DNA of 64,000 nucleotides from Desulfobacterales bacterium. GTDB taxonomy: Bacteria; Desulfobacterota; Desulfobacteria; Desulfobacterales; UBA2174. Shown here piece after piece: positions 10,302 through 19,117 of the stretch (the first letter of the stretch is position 1; the number at the start of each line of letters is the position of its first letter). Where the stretch lies: contig CAXXWC010000019.1 of assembly GCA_963668645.2 (NCBI GenBank), positions 352,001-416,000 of the forward strand, given 5' to 3'. The translations under genes and the position numbers were made by a program. The notes beneath the pieces are model-generated. The model was not told the DNA's origin, did not search any database, and saw nothing but the letters and a program-made list of their open reading frames with translations.

Positions 10302-11747
10302 TTAGCCTGCCGTCGCAACGCCACCGGCTGCCGGAGCCCGGGTGCCGGGTGTGGCACCGAAGACCAGGTGCCGGGTCCAGTCGCCGCCGATGGTGCGATA
10401 GAGGGTCACGCGGTTTTTGATCAGGGTGGCCTGCTCGTCGATCAGGCGGCGTTCCAGATCCTGCACGCCGGTCCAGGCCGCAAGGTAGTCGAGATAGTTG
10501 CCCTGACCGTTGATGTACTGGATCCGGGCGTCGGTCATGGTCAGCCGGGTGGCATCGAGCTGTTCCTGCAACAGGGCGATGTACTCGCGCTGGCGCTTTT
10601 CGGTCACCAGGCTGTCTTCCACCTCCCGGATCGCCTCGGCCACGGTCCGGGCGTACTCGGCGAGCAATCCCTCGGCCTCGGCCCGGGTCCGGTCCACCTC
10701 GGCCTTGCGGCTGCCCGCATCGAAGATCGGGCCGGTGAGGCTGGCGGCCAGGGTCGCCACCCAGTTGTCGAGCAGAAGATCGAGCGTGCCGGTGGAAAAG
10801 GCCGCATCGGCCGAAAGGCTCAACCCTGGAAGCCGCTCGGCCCGGGCCGCCGAGACCTGCCAGTCGGCCGAGCGCAGCCTCAGGCCGGCGGCGCGCACAT
10901 CGGGCCGGGAGGCCAGCAGGTCGGCCGGCAGCCCGGCGGCCGGCACCGCGATGGGTTCGGGCAGATCCTGCTGGGTGATATCCAGATCCTGGGCCCCGGC
11001 CCGGCCCAGCAGGACCGCCAGGACGTTGAGCTGCTGCTGTTCGGCCAGCTGCAAGGTTGGCAGGATCGCCTTGGCCGCCGCCAGGGCCTGGCGCTGCTCG
11101 GAAACATCCAGGGCGCTGGCCTGGCCGTTGACAAAACGCAGCCGCTGGAGGTTGAGCAGTTCCTCGTTGGCCCGGATCTGATGAGCCAGGATGGCGATCT
11201 GGTGCCGGACGGCGAGGACCTCGACCCAGGCGGTGGCCACCTCGGCCGCCACGCTCACCGCCGCAGCCTCCAGGTCTTCCCGGGCGGCCTGGAACGCCAG
11301 GACCGCTGACCGGCGCCCGGCCTCGAGCCGGCCCCACAGATCGACCTCGTAGGCCGCCGTCACCCCGGCGCTCCAGGTCTTGTCTTGCGTGTTCTCGGTG
11401 GCACCGCCCTTCGGCCTGGTCTGGACCCAGCGCTTTTCGGCGCCGGCGCTGTAGTCGACGCTCGGCTTGAGGGCCGCACCGGCCTGGCGGGCCGTGGCCT
11501 CGGCCTGCTTCAGGCGGGCCCAAGCCGTGCGCACATCGAAATTGCCGGCCAGGGCTCCTTCGACCAGGCGATCGAGTTCGGGGCTGGCGAAGGCCTGCCA
11601 CCAGCGGCCTGGCCCCGGTTCGTCGGCCGTGTAAAGCGCGTAGTGGGCCGGCAGCGCCAGAGGGGCCGCAGCCCTGTCGGGCGGCTGGAACGGTGCGCAT
11701 CCGGCCATCATCAAGAGCGCCAAGAAGATTGTGATTCGTCTGAACAT
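10302..11747 (-). CDS. Efflux outer-membrane factor lipoprotein (NodT/TolC family)
   Basis: Lipobox MAGC, WWQAF, YEVDLWG, RPDVRAA, LYRTIGG.W motifs. Confidence 0.93.
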   Translation of the reverse strand: MFRRITIFLALLMMAGCAPFQPPDRAAAPLALPAHYALYTADEPGPGRWWQAFASPELDRLVEGALAGNFDVRTAWARLKQAEATARQAGAALKPSVDYSAGAEKRWVQTRPKGGATENTQDKTWSAGVTAAYEVDLWGRLEAGRRSAVLAFQAAREDLEAAAVSVAAEVATAWVEVLAVRHQIAILAHQIRANEELLNLQRLRFVNGQASALDVSEQRQALAAAKAILPTLQLAEQQQLNVLAVLLGRAGAQDLDITQQDLPEPIAVPAAGLPADLLASRPDVRAAGLRLRSADWQVSAARAERLPGLSLSADAAFSTGTLDLLLDNWVATLAASLTGPIFDAGSRKAEVDRTRAEAEGLLAEYARTVAEAIREVEDSLVTEKRQREYIALLQEQLDATRLTMTDARIQYINGQGNYLDYLAAWTGVQDLERRLIDEQATLIKNRVTLYRTIGGDWTRHLVFGATPGTRAPAAGGVATAG

Positions 11748-11849
11748 CCGTTGACTCCGTTCGCGAATTTGGTCGGCGTGCAGCCTTTTACCCCGATACC
11801 GCTGACTTGAAAACCCTCCTGCTGCCGCCGAAACCGCACTCTACGCTAT

Positions 11850-11883
11850 TAACGGCATATACGGCCAAAACCTGCACAAAAAA
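11850..11883 (-). promoter_or_regulatory. Putative ECF-sigma promoter for the efflux genes
   Basis: Minus strand TTTTTGTGCAGG-N14-GCCGTTA; the same motif with the same spacing recurs at 13464-13496. Confidence 0.6.
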
Positions 11884-11919
11884 TTATCGGGTCATGGAAA
11901 CGCCGGTCTACGTCAGGTC

Positions 11920-12468
11920 TCATTCCGGGCCTAGACGGCGGTGCAGCGTGCGCCGGGCCCGCACCAGCAGCGATTCCACAGCGGCGACGGAAAGCGCCAT
12001 CACCTCGGCGATCTCGGCGTAGCGAAGCTGCTCGGTATGGCGCAGCAGCAGGGCCTCGCGCTGGTTGACCGGCAACTGCCGGATCGCCTTTTCCAACCGA
12101 TCACGGTCGATGGCGTGTTCGAGCAGGTCGAGGGGAGTCTCCTCGCCGGCCACCTCCGGCAGGTCTTCCATCAGTTCGGGGCGCTTGCGGCGATGCTGAT
12201 CGATGCAAAGATTCCTGGTGATCCGGAGCAGAAACGTGCGCAGCGATGCCTCAGGACGATAACGCGCCGCCGCCTGGTAAAATCTTAGAAATGTCTCCTG
12301 GGCCGCATCCTCGGCCTCCTGTGCGTCGGGCAGCAGGCGGCGGGCAAACCCGTAAACGGCATCCTGGTGGCGCGCCAGCAAAACGCCGAAAGCGCGCTGG
12401 TCACCCTGGACCACCAGGGCAACCAGTTCCGCATCGCTGCGTTGGCTGTGGCGTCGGCGCAACATCAT
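11920..12468 (-). CDS. ECF RNA polymerase sigma factor
   Basis: Region 2 (AEDAAQETFL, NLCIDQHRR) and region 4 (YAEIAEVM, VESLLVRARR); 182 aa. Confidence 0.93.
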   Translation of the reverse strand: MMLRRRHSQRSDAELVALVVQGDQRAFGVLLARHQDAVYGFARRLLPDAQEAEDAAQETFLRFYQAAARYRPEASLRTFLLRITRNLCIDQHRRKRPELMEDLPEVAGEETPLDLLEHAIDRDRLEKAIRQLPVNQREALLLRHTEQLRYAEIAEVMALSVAAVESLLVRARRTLHRRLGPE

Positions 12469-12929
12469 TTGTCCAAGGCGGCGTGGTGGGCTTTGATGTT
12501 TTCCAGCAGGATCGAGAAGAACAAAGCCCCCTTTTCGTCGCCCAGTTGGCGGCGCAGGTCGATGACATGGGCCTCGAAGGCCTCGGCCTGTTTCATCTCC
12601 TGGCGCCCCACGGCCTCGATGGACCGGTGCAGTTGCGCCAGGTCAAGGGCCCCGGCGCGGGCCAGGGTGGCAAGAACGGTGTCGCGGGCCTGATGGAGGC
12701 TTCGATTATGGCCCTCGATGGACGTCCTGAAGCGTTGGATGTTGTCCAGCGCGACCTTCTGGCGGGCCGCAGGCAGATCCAATCGCTCGACGATCCCCAC
12801 CAGTTCGGACCAGGAACGCGCGTGGGTCGATTCGGTCTGCTGCCATCCCATGGTCATGGCCATGACGAGGAACCCGATATTCAAGGCTACCGAAAAGAGG
12901 ATACCTATCCGTTTGTAAGTCAGTTTCAC
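12465..12929 (-). CDS. Periplasmic Spy/CpxP/heavy-metal-sensor-like helical protein
   Basis: GTG start overlaps the anti-sigma stop (GTGA); SVALNIGFL membrane anchor then amphipathic helices; usual partner of ECF/zf-HC2 operons. Confidence 0.65.
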   Translation of the reverse strand: MKLTYKRIGILFSVALNIGFLVMAMTMGWQQTESTHARSWSELVGIVERLDLPAARQKVALDNIQRFRTSIEGHNRSLHQARDTVLATLARAGALDLAQLHRSIEAVGRQEMKQAEAFEAHVIDLRRQLGDEKGALFFSILLENIKAHHAALDK

Positions 12930-13333
12930 GGCAAGATTCCTTTGCTGGCGTAAAGGGTCTGGTAGGGGTTGGCCGAGCCGTCGCGGTCCTGAAGCGAAAC
13001 GGTGGTGCCGAGCACCGCCCCGCAAAGCAGCCCGGCCAGCACCGCTGTGCAGACCGCACCGCGCATGGCCATGCTCAGTCCCCGCCACCATTCACGCATC
13101 TTCGGCTTTTCCAGGCGCTTGCGCAAGCAGCCCAGGGTGCGGTCTGCCAAACCGGCCGGCGCCTGGACGCCCGGCAGCCCGTCCAATAGGGACGTCATTG
13201 CCTGCAGCGCCTCGGCCCTGCGGCGGCAGGCCGGGCAGTGGTCCAGATGGTCGCTGATCTTGCGGTGCTCGGCGGCATTCATCTCGCCGTCGGCCCAAGC
13301 GTCGAGCCGGGTTGTGATTTGATGGCACTGCAT
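12926..13333 (-). CDS. Zinc-finger (zf-HC2) anti-sigma factor
   Basis: MQC...HLDHCPAC zinc-binding motif followed by one TM helix. Confidence 0.88.
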   Translation of the reverse strand: MQCHQITTRLDAWADGEMNAAEHRKISDHLDHCPACRRRAEALQAMTSLLDGLPGVQAPAGLADRTLGCLRKRLEKPKMREWWRGLSMAMRGAVCTAVLAGLLCGAVLGTTVSLQDRDGSANPYQTLYASKGILP

Positions 13334-13463
13334 CTCGTCCTCCCGAAACGTGGGGCGATGATCCAGCCCCGTCCCCGGTTCGCCCCTTGCGGACAGAGGA
13401 AAAAACCGGCTGTCCTTTTCCTTCCGCAGGAGCGCTCTAAATGCGATCTCCTATATTGAGAAG

Positions 13464-13496
13464 TAACGGCCCGGCCCCCGATTCCCTGCGCAAAAA
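13464..13496 (-). promoter_or_regulatory. Putative autoregulated ECF-sigma promoter upstream of the anti-sigma gene
   Basis: Minus strand TTTTTGCGCAGG-N14-GCCGTTA, matching 11850-11883. Confidence 0.6.
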
Positions 13497-13504
13497 TTTT
13501 TGAC

Positions 13505-13548
13505 TTGACAGGGTGTGGGCATTTGCCTAAGCTCCGGGCATATGCTCA
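13505..13548 (+). promoter_or_regulatory. Sigma70 promoter overlapped by two imperfect palindromes (candidate SorC/DeoR operator)
   Basis: TTGACA(13505)-17 nt-TAAGCT(13528); palindromes TGGGCA-TT-TGCCTA (13516-13529) and CGGGCA-TA-TGCTCA (13535-13548). Confidence 0.6.
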
Positions 13549-13580
13549 CCGAGAATCTCGTCTCTTTCATGGAGCCGATT

Positions 13581-14552
13581 ATGCCCCCACAAACCGATCG
13601 CCAGGCCGCCGTCGAACTGCTGACCCGTGTCGCCTGCCTCTATTACCTCGAAGCCAAGACCCAGGACCAGGTGGCCAAGGAGTTGAAGATCTCCCGCCAG
13701 AAGGTCCAGCGCCTGCTCCAACAGGCGCGCCAGGAAGGCATCGTCGAAATCCACATCCACACCCTGCCCCTGGTGCCGATGGAGATCGAAAAAAAGCTCA
13801 CGGCCCATTTTCCCATCCTGGAGGCGGTGGTGACCACGGCCAGCGGCGACGAGACCACCCGGCGCCAGTCGGTGGCCCGCGCCGCGGCCGCATGGCTCGA
13901 ACGCCACGCCACCGGCGGCATGACGATCACCGTGGGCATGGGCCGCAACATGGACGCCCTGGCCGGGGCCTTCGCCCCCCGCCAGGCGGTGGACTGCACC
14001 TTCGTCAGCGCCATGGGCGGATCGCCCAAGGTCAACGAGTCGAACAACCCCAACGACATCTGCACGCGCCTGGCCACCGCCGCCGGCGGCCGCGCCGCCT
14101 CCCTCTTCGCCCCGGCTTACGTGGAAAGCCAACGGGTGCGCGACATCCTGCTGAACCAGGAGGCGGTGGCCCAGACCCTGACCCAGGCCCGCCGGGCCGA
14201 CATGGCTGTGGTGGGCATCGGTACCCCGCGCGACACCTGCACCCTGGTGCGCATGGGCTGCCTGTCGCTGGCCGAAGCCCTGCGCCTGCGCCAGAGCAAC
14301 GCGGTGGGCGACATGCTCGGATACTACTTCGACGCCCAGGGGCGGGAGGTGCCGTCCGATCTGCACAACCGCCTCGTCGGGTTGACCCTCAACGACCTGA
14401 ACGCCATCGACGGGGTGATGGCCATCGCCAGTGAAGCCGGCAAGGCCGCGGCGATCCTGGGGGCACTGAAAACCGGTGCGGTGCAGGTCCTGGTCACCGA
14501 TGCGGAAAACGCCATCGAAGTGCTCAGACTCGCCGGCCTGCAGACCGACTAG
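13581..14552 (+). CDS. SorC/DeoR-family sugar-binding transcriptional regulator
   Basis: GGAG before ATG13581; HTH LYYLEAKTQDQVAKELKISRQKVQRLL; sugar-binding domain (VVGIG, AVGDMLG, KAAAILGAL, LVTD). Confidence 0.92.
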   Translation: MPPQTDRQAAVELLTRVACLYYLEAKTQDQVAKELKISRQKVQRLLQQARQEGIVEIHIHTLPLVPMEIEKKLTAHFPILEAVVTTASGDETTRRQSVARAAAAWLERHATGGMTITVGMGRNMDALAGAFAPRQAVDCTFVSAMGGSPKVNESNNPNDICTRLATAAGGRAASLFAPAYVESQRVRDILLNQEAVAQTLTQARRADMAVVGIGTPRDTCTLVRMGCLSLAEALRLRQSNAVGDMLGYYFDAQGREVPSDLHNRLVGLTLNDLNAIDGVMAIASEAGKAAAILGALKTGAVQVLVTDAENAIEVLRLAGLQTD

Positions 14553-14570
14553 ACCGGCCGGAATCACGAC

Positions 14571-15347
14571 ATGAACCTTTCGGTAGCCTTTCTGCCAGTC
14601 CTGAGTTCAGGCTGGAAAAACCGCATCTGCATCGTCATCGACGTCCTGCAGGCCAGCTCCAGCATCGTCACCTTCCTGGAAAACGGCGCCGAGGCCGTCC
14701 ACCCGGTCCATGCGGTGGAAGCGGCCCGCAAACTCGCCGCGGACCGGGGCCTGCTCCTGTTCGGGGAGCGCGGCGGGCTGCCGCTGCCGGGCTTCGACGG
14801 CGGCAACTCGGCCCTTGAGCTCCGCGATCTGGACCTGCACGGCAAACGGCTGGTTATGACCACCACCAACGGCACCGCCGCCCTGGAACAGGTGGCGGGC
14901 GACAACACGGTCCTGGTCGGCTGCGCCCGCAACTGCACGGCCTGCGTCACGGCGGCCCTCGCGCTGTCGGCCCGCAACGGGGCCGACCTGGGCATCGTCT
15001 GCGCCGGTTTCAGCGGCCGCTTCGCCCTGGACGACGCGGTCTGCGCCGGTCTGCTGGTGGACACCGCCTGCCGCCTGGCCGGCGCGCAATGGTGCCTGTC
15101 GGATGCCGCCGCAGCGGCCCGAACCCTCTACCGGACATCAGGCGGCCTGCAAGACGCCTTCGAACGCTCGGCCAGCGGCCGGCGGGTGCGGGAAATCGGC
15201 CACGGCGGGGATCTGGCGGTCTGCGCCCGCATCGACGCCAGCCGGACCGTGCCGCAGATCACCCATCATCAACCGCTCACCATCCGCGCCCAAGGCCACG
15301 AGACGCCCGGGCCGGAACGAGCACCCAAAAAGACGACACAGGTTTGA
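14571..15347 (+). CDS. comB: 2-phosphosulfolactate phosphatase-family protein (ComB-like)
   Basis: VIDVLQASS, GERGG, FDGGNS, MTTTNGT, F.LDD.VCAG family motifs. True substrate unknown. Confidence 0.82.
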   Translation: MNLSVAFLPVLSSGWKNRICIVIDVLQASSSIVTFLENGAEAVHPVHAVEAARKLAADRGLLLFGERGGLPLPGFDGGNSALELRDLDLHGKRLVMTTTNGTAALEQVAGDNTVLVGCARNCTACVTAALALSARNGADLGIVCAGFSGRFALDDAVCAGLLVDTACRLAGAQWCLSDAAAAARTLYRTSGGLQDAFERSASGRRVREIGHGGDLAVCARIDASRTVPQITHHQPLTIRAQGHETPGPERAPKKTTQV

Positions 15348-15361
15348 GAAAGGAGTACTGC

Positions 15362-16678
15362 ATGTACGACCCAACGGCATTCACCATCCCGGAAGGCATC
15401 GTGGCCGACGACTATATTCTGGCCACCTATATCTACCGCACCGGTGCCCGGGTAAACATCCACAAGCTGGCCCTGGCCCTTTCCGAGGAACAGTCCTGCG
15501 GCACCTGGGTGAGCCTGGAAGGCGAGAGCACCGAGGTGCGCCAGCGCCACGTGGGCCGCATCGTCTCCATCTGGGAGGTGCCCGATCACGAATGCTTCCT
15601 GCCCGCGGATCTGACCCAGCGCACCTGGGTGATTCAGATCGCCTATCCGGTGCACAACATCGGCCCCCAGATCCCTCTGATGCTCACCACCGTGCACGGC
15701 AACATCTCGGCCGCCGGCGAGCTGAAGCTGGTGGATCTTTCCTTTCCCAAGAGCTACTGCGAATTTTTCAAGGGGCCCAAGTTCGGCGTCGAAGGGGTCC
15801 GCGACCTGCTCGGGGTTGACCGTCGTCCCCTGCTGCACACGATGATCAAGCCGTCCATCGGCCTGACGCCCGAACAGAGCGCCGAGGCCTTCTACCAGGC
15901 GGCCGTGGGCGGGGTGGACGCCGTCAAGGACGACGAGCTGGTGGTCTCCCATCCCTGGAGCCATTTCAAGGACCGGCTGCGCTGCCATCTGGAGGCCGGG
16001 CAACGGGCCTTCGACGAAACCGGAGAAAAAACCCTCTACTTTGTCAACGTCACCGACCGCGCCGACCGGCTGGTGGACAACGCCAAGGCCGCCATTGAGG
16101 CCGGGGCCAACGCCGTGATGGTCAACTATCTGGTGGTGGGCATCTCGGCCCTGAGCATGCTGGCCGACGATCCGGACATCTGCGTGCCGGTGCTGGCGCA
16201 CCTCGATTTCGCCGGCGCCATGTACGCCGCGCCTTGGTCCGGGGTCAGCTCCCATCTGGTTCTGGGCAAGCTGCCGCGGCTGGCCGGGGCCGACATCGTG
16301 GTCTATCCCAGCCCCTACGGCAAGTTCCCCCTGCTCCAGGCCAAGCACCTGCGCATCGCCCAGGCGCTCACCGACGGGTTCCACGGCCTCAAGCGGAGCT
16401 GGCCCATGCCCGGCGGTGGTGTGCATCCGGGCATGGTCGAGCAGCTCTACGCCGACATGAACAAGGATTTCATGGTCGGCGCCGGCGGGGCCGTGCACGG
16501 CCATCCCATGGGCCCGGCGGCCGGAGCCCGGGCCCTGCGCCAGGCCATAGATGCGGCCGTGGCCGGGATCGACGTGGAAGAGGCGGCCGGTGCCCACCCG
16601 GAGCTGGCCCGGGCACTGGAGAGCTGGGGCGTTTCAAAACCCGGGGTCAAAGGCCGCTACGACCTGATGGAGGGCTGA
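15362..16678 (+). CDS. RuBisCO-like protein (form IV RLP)
   Basis: AAGGAG before ATG15362; GPKFG, IKPSIG, GGVDAVKDDE, PGGG, GAGGAVHGHP. Several carboxylase residues appear substituted. Confidence 0.9.
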   Translation: MYDPTAFTIPEGIVADDYILATYIYRTGARVNIHKLALALSEEQSCGTWVSLEGESTEVRQRHVGRIVSIWEVPDHECFLPADLTQRTWVIQIAYPVHNIGPQIPLMLTTVHGNISAAGELKLVDLSFPKSYCEFFKGPKFGVEGVRDLLGVDRRPLLHTMIKPSIGLTPEQSAEAFYQAAVGGVDAVKDDELVVSHPWSHFKDRLRCHLEAGQRAFDETGEKTLYFVNVTDRADRLVDNAKAAIEAGANAVMVNYLVVGISALSMLADDPDICVPVLAHLDFAGAMYAAPWSGVSSHLVLGKLPRLAGADIVVYPSPYGKFPLLQAKHLRIAQALTDGFHGLKRSWPMPGGGVHPGMVEQLYADMNKDFMVGAGGAVHGHPMGPAAGARALRQAIDAAVAGIDVEEAAGAHPELARALESWGVSKPGVKGRYDLMEG

Positions 16679-16772
16679 ACCCCGGGACCGGAAATGCTTC
16701 GCGGTTGCCGATCGGAAGCCATCGACAGCGATGGCAAACAGATACCTCGGATCTCGTTAAAGGAGGTTCAAC

Positions 16773-18116
16773 ATGTCGGACAGACCGAAGATCATTGTGG
16801 CCGGAGTCCTCGATACGAAGGGAAACGAAATACGATTTCTCGCCGAGCGGGTGGAGGCCGCCGGCGGTGAGCCGCAGATTCTGGAACTGAGTGTCGGCAA
16901 GGAGGTCGGCTGGGCCGACATCGGCCTGAGCGAGGTACTGGCCCGGGTCGGACACAAACCCGAAGAAATCTTCGCCATGGAGCGGGGCCGGGCCTCGGAC
17001 ATCATCGTGTCCGGGGCTGTCGAGCTGGTGGCCGAACTCCTGGCCCAGGGGCGCCTGGACGGCATGATCGCCATGGCCGGGTCCATGGGCACCTCCATGG
17101 CGACGCGCATCATGCAGACCCTTCCCATCGGCATTCCCAAGATCATGCTCTCGACCATGGCCTCGGGCGACGTGCGGCCCTATGTCGGTACCAAAGACAT
17201 CAGCATGCTCTACCCCATCGCCGAAGTCGGCCTTAACCGCGTCACGCGCAAGATTCTCAACAACGCCGCCGGGGCGGTGGTCGGCATGGCCCGCATCCCC
17301 GAACCGGAGGCTGTCGAAGACAAACCCCTGGTGGGCTGCATGATGTTCGGCGTGACCACCCCGGCCGTGCTGCGGGCCTCGAAGTACTTCGAGAACAGGG
17401 GCTACGACGTGATGATCAACCACGCCGTGGGCAGCGGCGGTCGCTCCATGGAGGAGCTGATCGAAGACGGCTACATCGTCGGTGTCCTCGACATCACCAC
17501 CCATGAAATCGTCGACGAGATGCTCGGCGGGGTGCTCAGCGCCGGGCCGGACCGGCTGACGGCCGCCGGCCGCAGGGGCATCCCCCAGGTGGTGGCGCCC
17601 GGAGGACTCGATCTGATCAACTTCGGGCCGGCCGACACCGTGCCGGCCCACTTCAAGGCCGAGCTCGACAAGCCCGGCCGGGCCTACCACGTCCACAACC
17701 CCACGGTGACCATCGTCGGGGTGGCCGTGGAGGAAGTCTACGCCGTCGGCCGGCAGATCGCGGCCAAACTCAACCAGGCCACCGGCCCCACCGCCCTGTG
17801 CATCCCCATGCGCGGCTGGGGCGCCTACGACACCTGCGGCTGCAATCCGGAGCTGGGTTGGGCCGAAAACTGTGCCGCCCCCTGCTGGGTCGCCGACCCG
17901 CAGCGGCCCGAATGGTCGCTGCGGTCCAAGAATTTCGTTTCCGCCATCCGCGACGAGATCGACGGCGACAAGCCGAATCTCGACGTGCTGATCGTCGATC
18001 GGCACATGAACGAGCCGGCCTTCGCCGATCTGATGGCCGAACTGCTCGACGAGATGCTCGCCGGAACCTGGCGCAAGGGAAGCCATCACGGGCTGAGCGA
18101 GGTCTCGGCCCTTTGA
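16773..18116 (+). CDS. Tm-1-like ATP-binding protein (UPF0261 family)
   Basis: LDTKGNE, LPIGIPKIMLST, MFGVTTP, GGRSME, LDITTHE, APGGLDLINFG motifs; AGGAGG RBS. Confidence 0.88.
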   Translation: MSDRPKIIVAGVLDTKGNEIRFLAERVEAAGGEPQILELSVGKEVGWADIGLSEVLARVGHKPEEIFAMERGRASDIIVSGAVELVAELLAQGRLDGMIAMAGSMGTSMATRIMQTLPIGIPKIMLSTMASGDVRPYVGTKDISMLYPIAEVGLNRVTRKILNNAAGAVVGMARIPEPEAVEDKPLVGCMMFGVTTPAVLRASKYFENRGYDVMINHAVGSGGRSMEELIEDGYIVGVLDITTHEIVDEMLGGVLSAGPDRLTAAGRRGIPQVVAPGGLDLINFGPADTVPAHFKAELDKPGRAYHVHNPTVTIVGVAVEEVYAVGRQIAAKLNQATGPTALCIPMRGWGAYDTCGCNPELGWAENCAAPCWVADPQRPEWSLRSKNFVSAIRDEIDGDKPNLDVLIVDRHMNEPAFADLMAELLDEMLAGTWRKGSHHGLSEVSAL

Positions 18117-18172
18117 ACCCGGCCCCTGGGCCGGTTCGATACGCAAATCTTCAACGAGACGGAGGATGCAAC

Positions 18173-19039
18173 ATGGCCAAACGCTACACACGCGAAGAGT
18201 TGAACGCCCGGTTGAGAGAAACCCTCAAAAGCGGCAAACCGATCATCGTGGCCGGCGCCGGCGACGGCTTCACGGCCAAGCTGGAGGAAAAAGGCGGTGT
18301 GGACATCATCGGCATCTACAACTCGGGGCGCTTCCGCCACTTCGGGGCCGGCTCGCTCTCGGGGCTGATGCCGATGGGCCGCAACCAGGACATGGTGATG
18401 GACTACGCCCCGGAAGTACTCTCCATGGTCAAGCAGACCGCGGTGATCTCCGGCTTTTGCGCCCAGGATTCGCGCACCCTCTGGGAGTACTGGTTCACCA
18501 CCATGTCCCAGATGGGTGTCTCGGGCTTCATGAGCTTTCCCACCGTGGGGCTCATCGATGCCGACTCGCACTACCGGCGCAACCTGGAAGAATCGGGTCT
18601 CGGATTCGACAGGGAGGCCGAGGTCCTCAAGCTGGCCCACGACATGGGCTTTTTCACCATCGGCTACTGCTTTACCCCCGATGAGGCCAGGAAGGTCGCC
18701 GCAGCCGGAGTCGACATCCTCGCCTGCCACGTGGGGCTCACCGCCGGCGGGCTCATCGGGGCCGGAACGGTCAAGTCGACCGAAGAGAGCATCCGCATCA
18801 CCACTGAACTGATCAACGCCGCCAAAGAGGTCCGGCCGGCCTGCGATTTTCTGCCGATCACCCACGGCGGCATCATGGCCGATCCGGCCACCACCGCCCC
18901 GGTGATGGAGGCCACCGAAGCGGTGGGTTACCTCGGGGCTTCGAGCATCGAGCGCACCCCGGTGGAGCCGGCGGTGATCAACGTGTGCAAGGCCTTCAAG
19001 GAGATGCCGGTAAAAATTCCCGCCTGGGTCACCTTGTGA
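18173..19039 (+). CDS. PEP-hydrolase-like TIM-barrel protein (Tm-1 C-terminal-like), paralogue 1
   Basis: GAG.G..AK..E.GG.D, IYNSGRFR, FPTVGLID, H.GLT.GG.IG, HGG, GASSIER.P.E motifs; GGAGG RBS. Confidence 0.88.
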   Translation: MAKRYTREELNARLRETLKSGKPIIVAGAGDGFTAKLEEKGGVDIIGIYNSGRFRHFGAGSLSGLMPMGRNQDMVMDYAPEVLSMVKQTAVISGFCAQDSRTLWEYWFTTMSQMGVSGFMSFPTVGLIDADSHYRRNLEESGLGFDREAEVLKLAHDMGFFTIGYCFTPDEARKVAAAGVDILACHVGLTAGGLIGAGTVKSTEESIRITTELINAAKEVRPACDFLPITHGGIMADPATTAPVMEATEAVGYLGASSIERTPVEPAVINVCKAFKEMPVKIPAWVTL

Positions 19040-19056
19040 CCCTTCCCCCTCCACCA

Positions 19057-19093
19057 CGCCCTGGGGGGCTGCTCCGGCGCCCCCCGCAGGGCC
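19057..19093 (+). other. GC-rich intergenic hairpin without U-tract between the two TIM-barrel genes
   Basis: GCCCTGGGGGGC...GCCCCCCGCAGGGGC imperfect inverted repeat; possible mRNA stabiliser or pause site. Confidence 0.4.
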
Positions 19094-19117
19094 CCAACAC
19101 GCCACAGGAGGCCTGCC

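Noticed and set aside
6509..10420. 1303-aa plus-strand ORF
   Set aside because: Antisense shadow of the RND and MFP genes in GC-rich DNA; no motifs. The same applies to 45820-48381 and 55945-58071.
14571..15347. Coenzyme M biosynthesis cluster
   Set aside because: No comA, comC or comDE in the window; ComB-family phosphatases are widespread and broad in substrate.
15362..16678. CO2-fixing RuBisCO
   Set aside because: Several carboxylase active-site residues appear substituted and no small subunit or phosphoribulokinase is nearby; form IV RLP fits better.
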